DNA of 64,000 nt from a virus, in the IMG/VR virus record IMGVR_UViG_3300020477_001932, positions 10,257-74,256 of that record, one strand, 5' to 3'. Below are positions 63,674-64,000 of this stretch, one piece after another. Each line of letters opens with the position of its first letter. Position 1 is the first letter of the stretch. The notes below the pieces were generated by a model. That model was given only the letters and a program-made list of their open reading frames with translations, did not search any database and was not told the origin of the DNA. The position numbers and the translations under genes were made by a program.

Positions 63674-64000
63674 ATGGACTTTATAACCATTACACCTAAA
63701 GCAAGTCAACAAGTGAAGCATTTAATTAGCGAGTTGCCTAGTGATGTTGGTTTACGCTTAGCAGTAAAAGGTGGTGGATGTTCTGGACTTTCTTATGATT
63801 TACAGTTTACATCCGAAGAAGCTAAAGATACTGTTTTTGAACATGATGGTTTTAAAATATATATGGATGCAAAGAGTATGATATATTTAAAAGGCATGGC
63901 AGTAGATTTTGATGATAGCTTACAGGGCAAAGGTTTTATTTTTATTAATCCTAATGCTACAAATACTTGTGGTTGTGGAGAAAGCTTTTCAATGAGTTAG
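63674..64000 (+). CDS. iscA: A-type Fe-S cluster carrier (IscA/HesB)
   Basis: LRLAVKGGGCSG and NPNA..TCGCGESF motifs. Confidence 0.95.
   Translation: MDFITITPKASQQVKHLISELPSDVGLRLAVKGGGCSGLSYDLQFTSEEAKDTVFEHDGFKIYMDAKSMIYLKGMAVDFDDSLQGKGFIFINPNATNTCGCGESFSMS

Noticed and set aside
1-64000. tRNA or rRNA genes
   Set aside because: Intergenic gaps are short and no cloverleaf or T-loop pattern was seen by eye; tRNAscan-SE would be needed to confirm.

Overview
This is a 64-kb, AT-rich, gene-dense segment of a large T4-like (myovirus) phage genome, probably marine, with all credible genes on the + strand. It carries the head genes gp22/gp23, gp3, uvsY/uvsW, gp55, gp47/46 and the replisome (gp45, gp44, gp62, regA, gp43, uvsX, gp59, gp41, gp61, rnh). 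It also encodes nucleotide metabolism enzymes (dUTPase, ThyX, class II RNR, dCMP deaminase). Four things stand out. (1) An ~8-kb island splits the clamp-loader genes gp44 and gp62. It encodes a 7-deazaguanine pathway (queE, queD, folE, queC), a phosphoribosyltransferase, a divergent DUF262-HNH protein and a TGT/DpdA-like transglycosylase. The transglycosylase ends in the same clamp-binding-type peptide as the DNA polymerase (TLEGFFG vs SLESFFG), suggesting replisome-coupled G modification. (2) A late-promoter cluster of five proteins starts with a T4 internal-protein-like capsid-targeting sequence; it includes a PD-(D/E)XK-like nuclease, a ligase-fold enzyme and an HxGH nucleotidyltransferase. 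(3) An unusual auxiliary gene set is present: urea-binding UrtA, GAPDH with NADP-type signatures, proline dehydrogenase, a lysine/saccharopine dehydrogenase-like enzyme, a PiT-like permease, IscA, DegP and LPP20-like lipoproteins. This tentatively points to a urea-using chemolithoautotrophic host. (4) A conserved early promoter (TTCC-TTGYAT-N14-TGn-TATAAT) appears to give leaderless mRNAs for several genes and is preceded at some loci by arrays of 25-bp IHF-like palindromes. No tRNA, rRNA, CRISPR array, integrase or IS element was recognised. All assignments come from motif recognition by eye; no searches were run.
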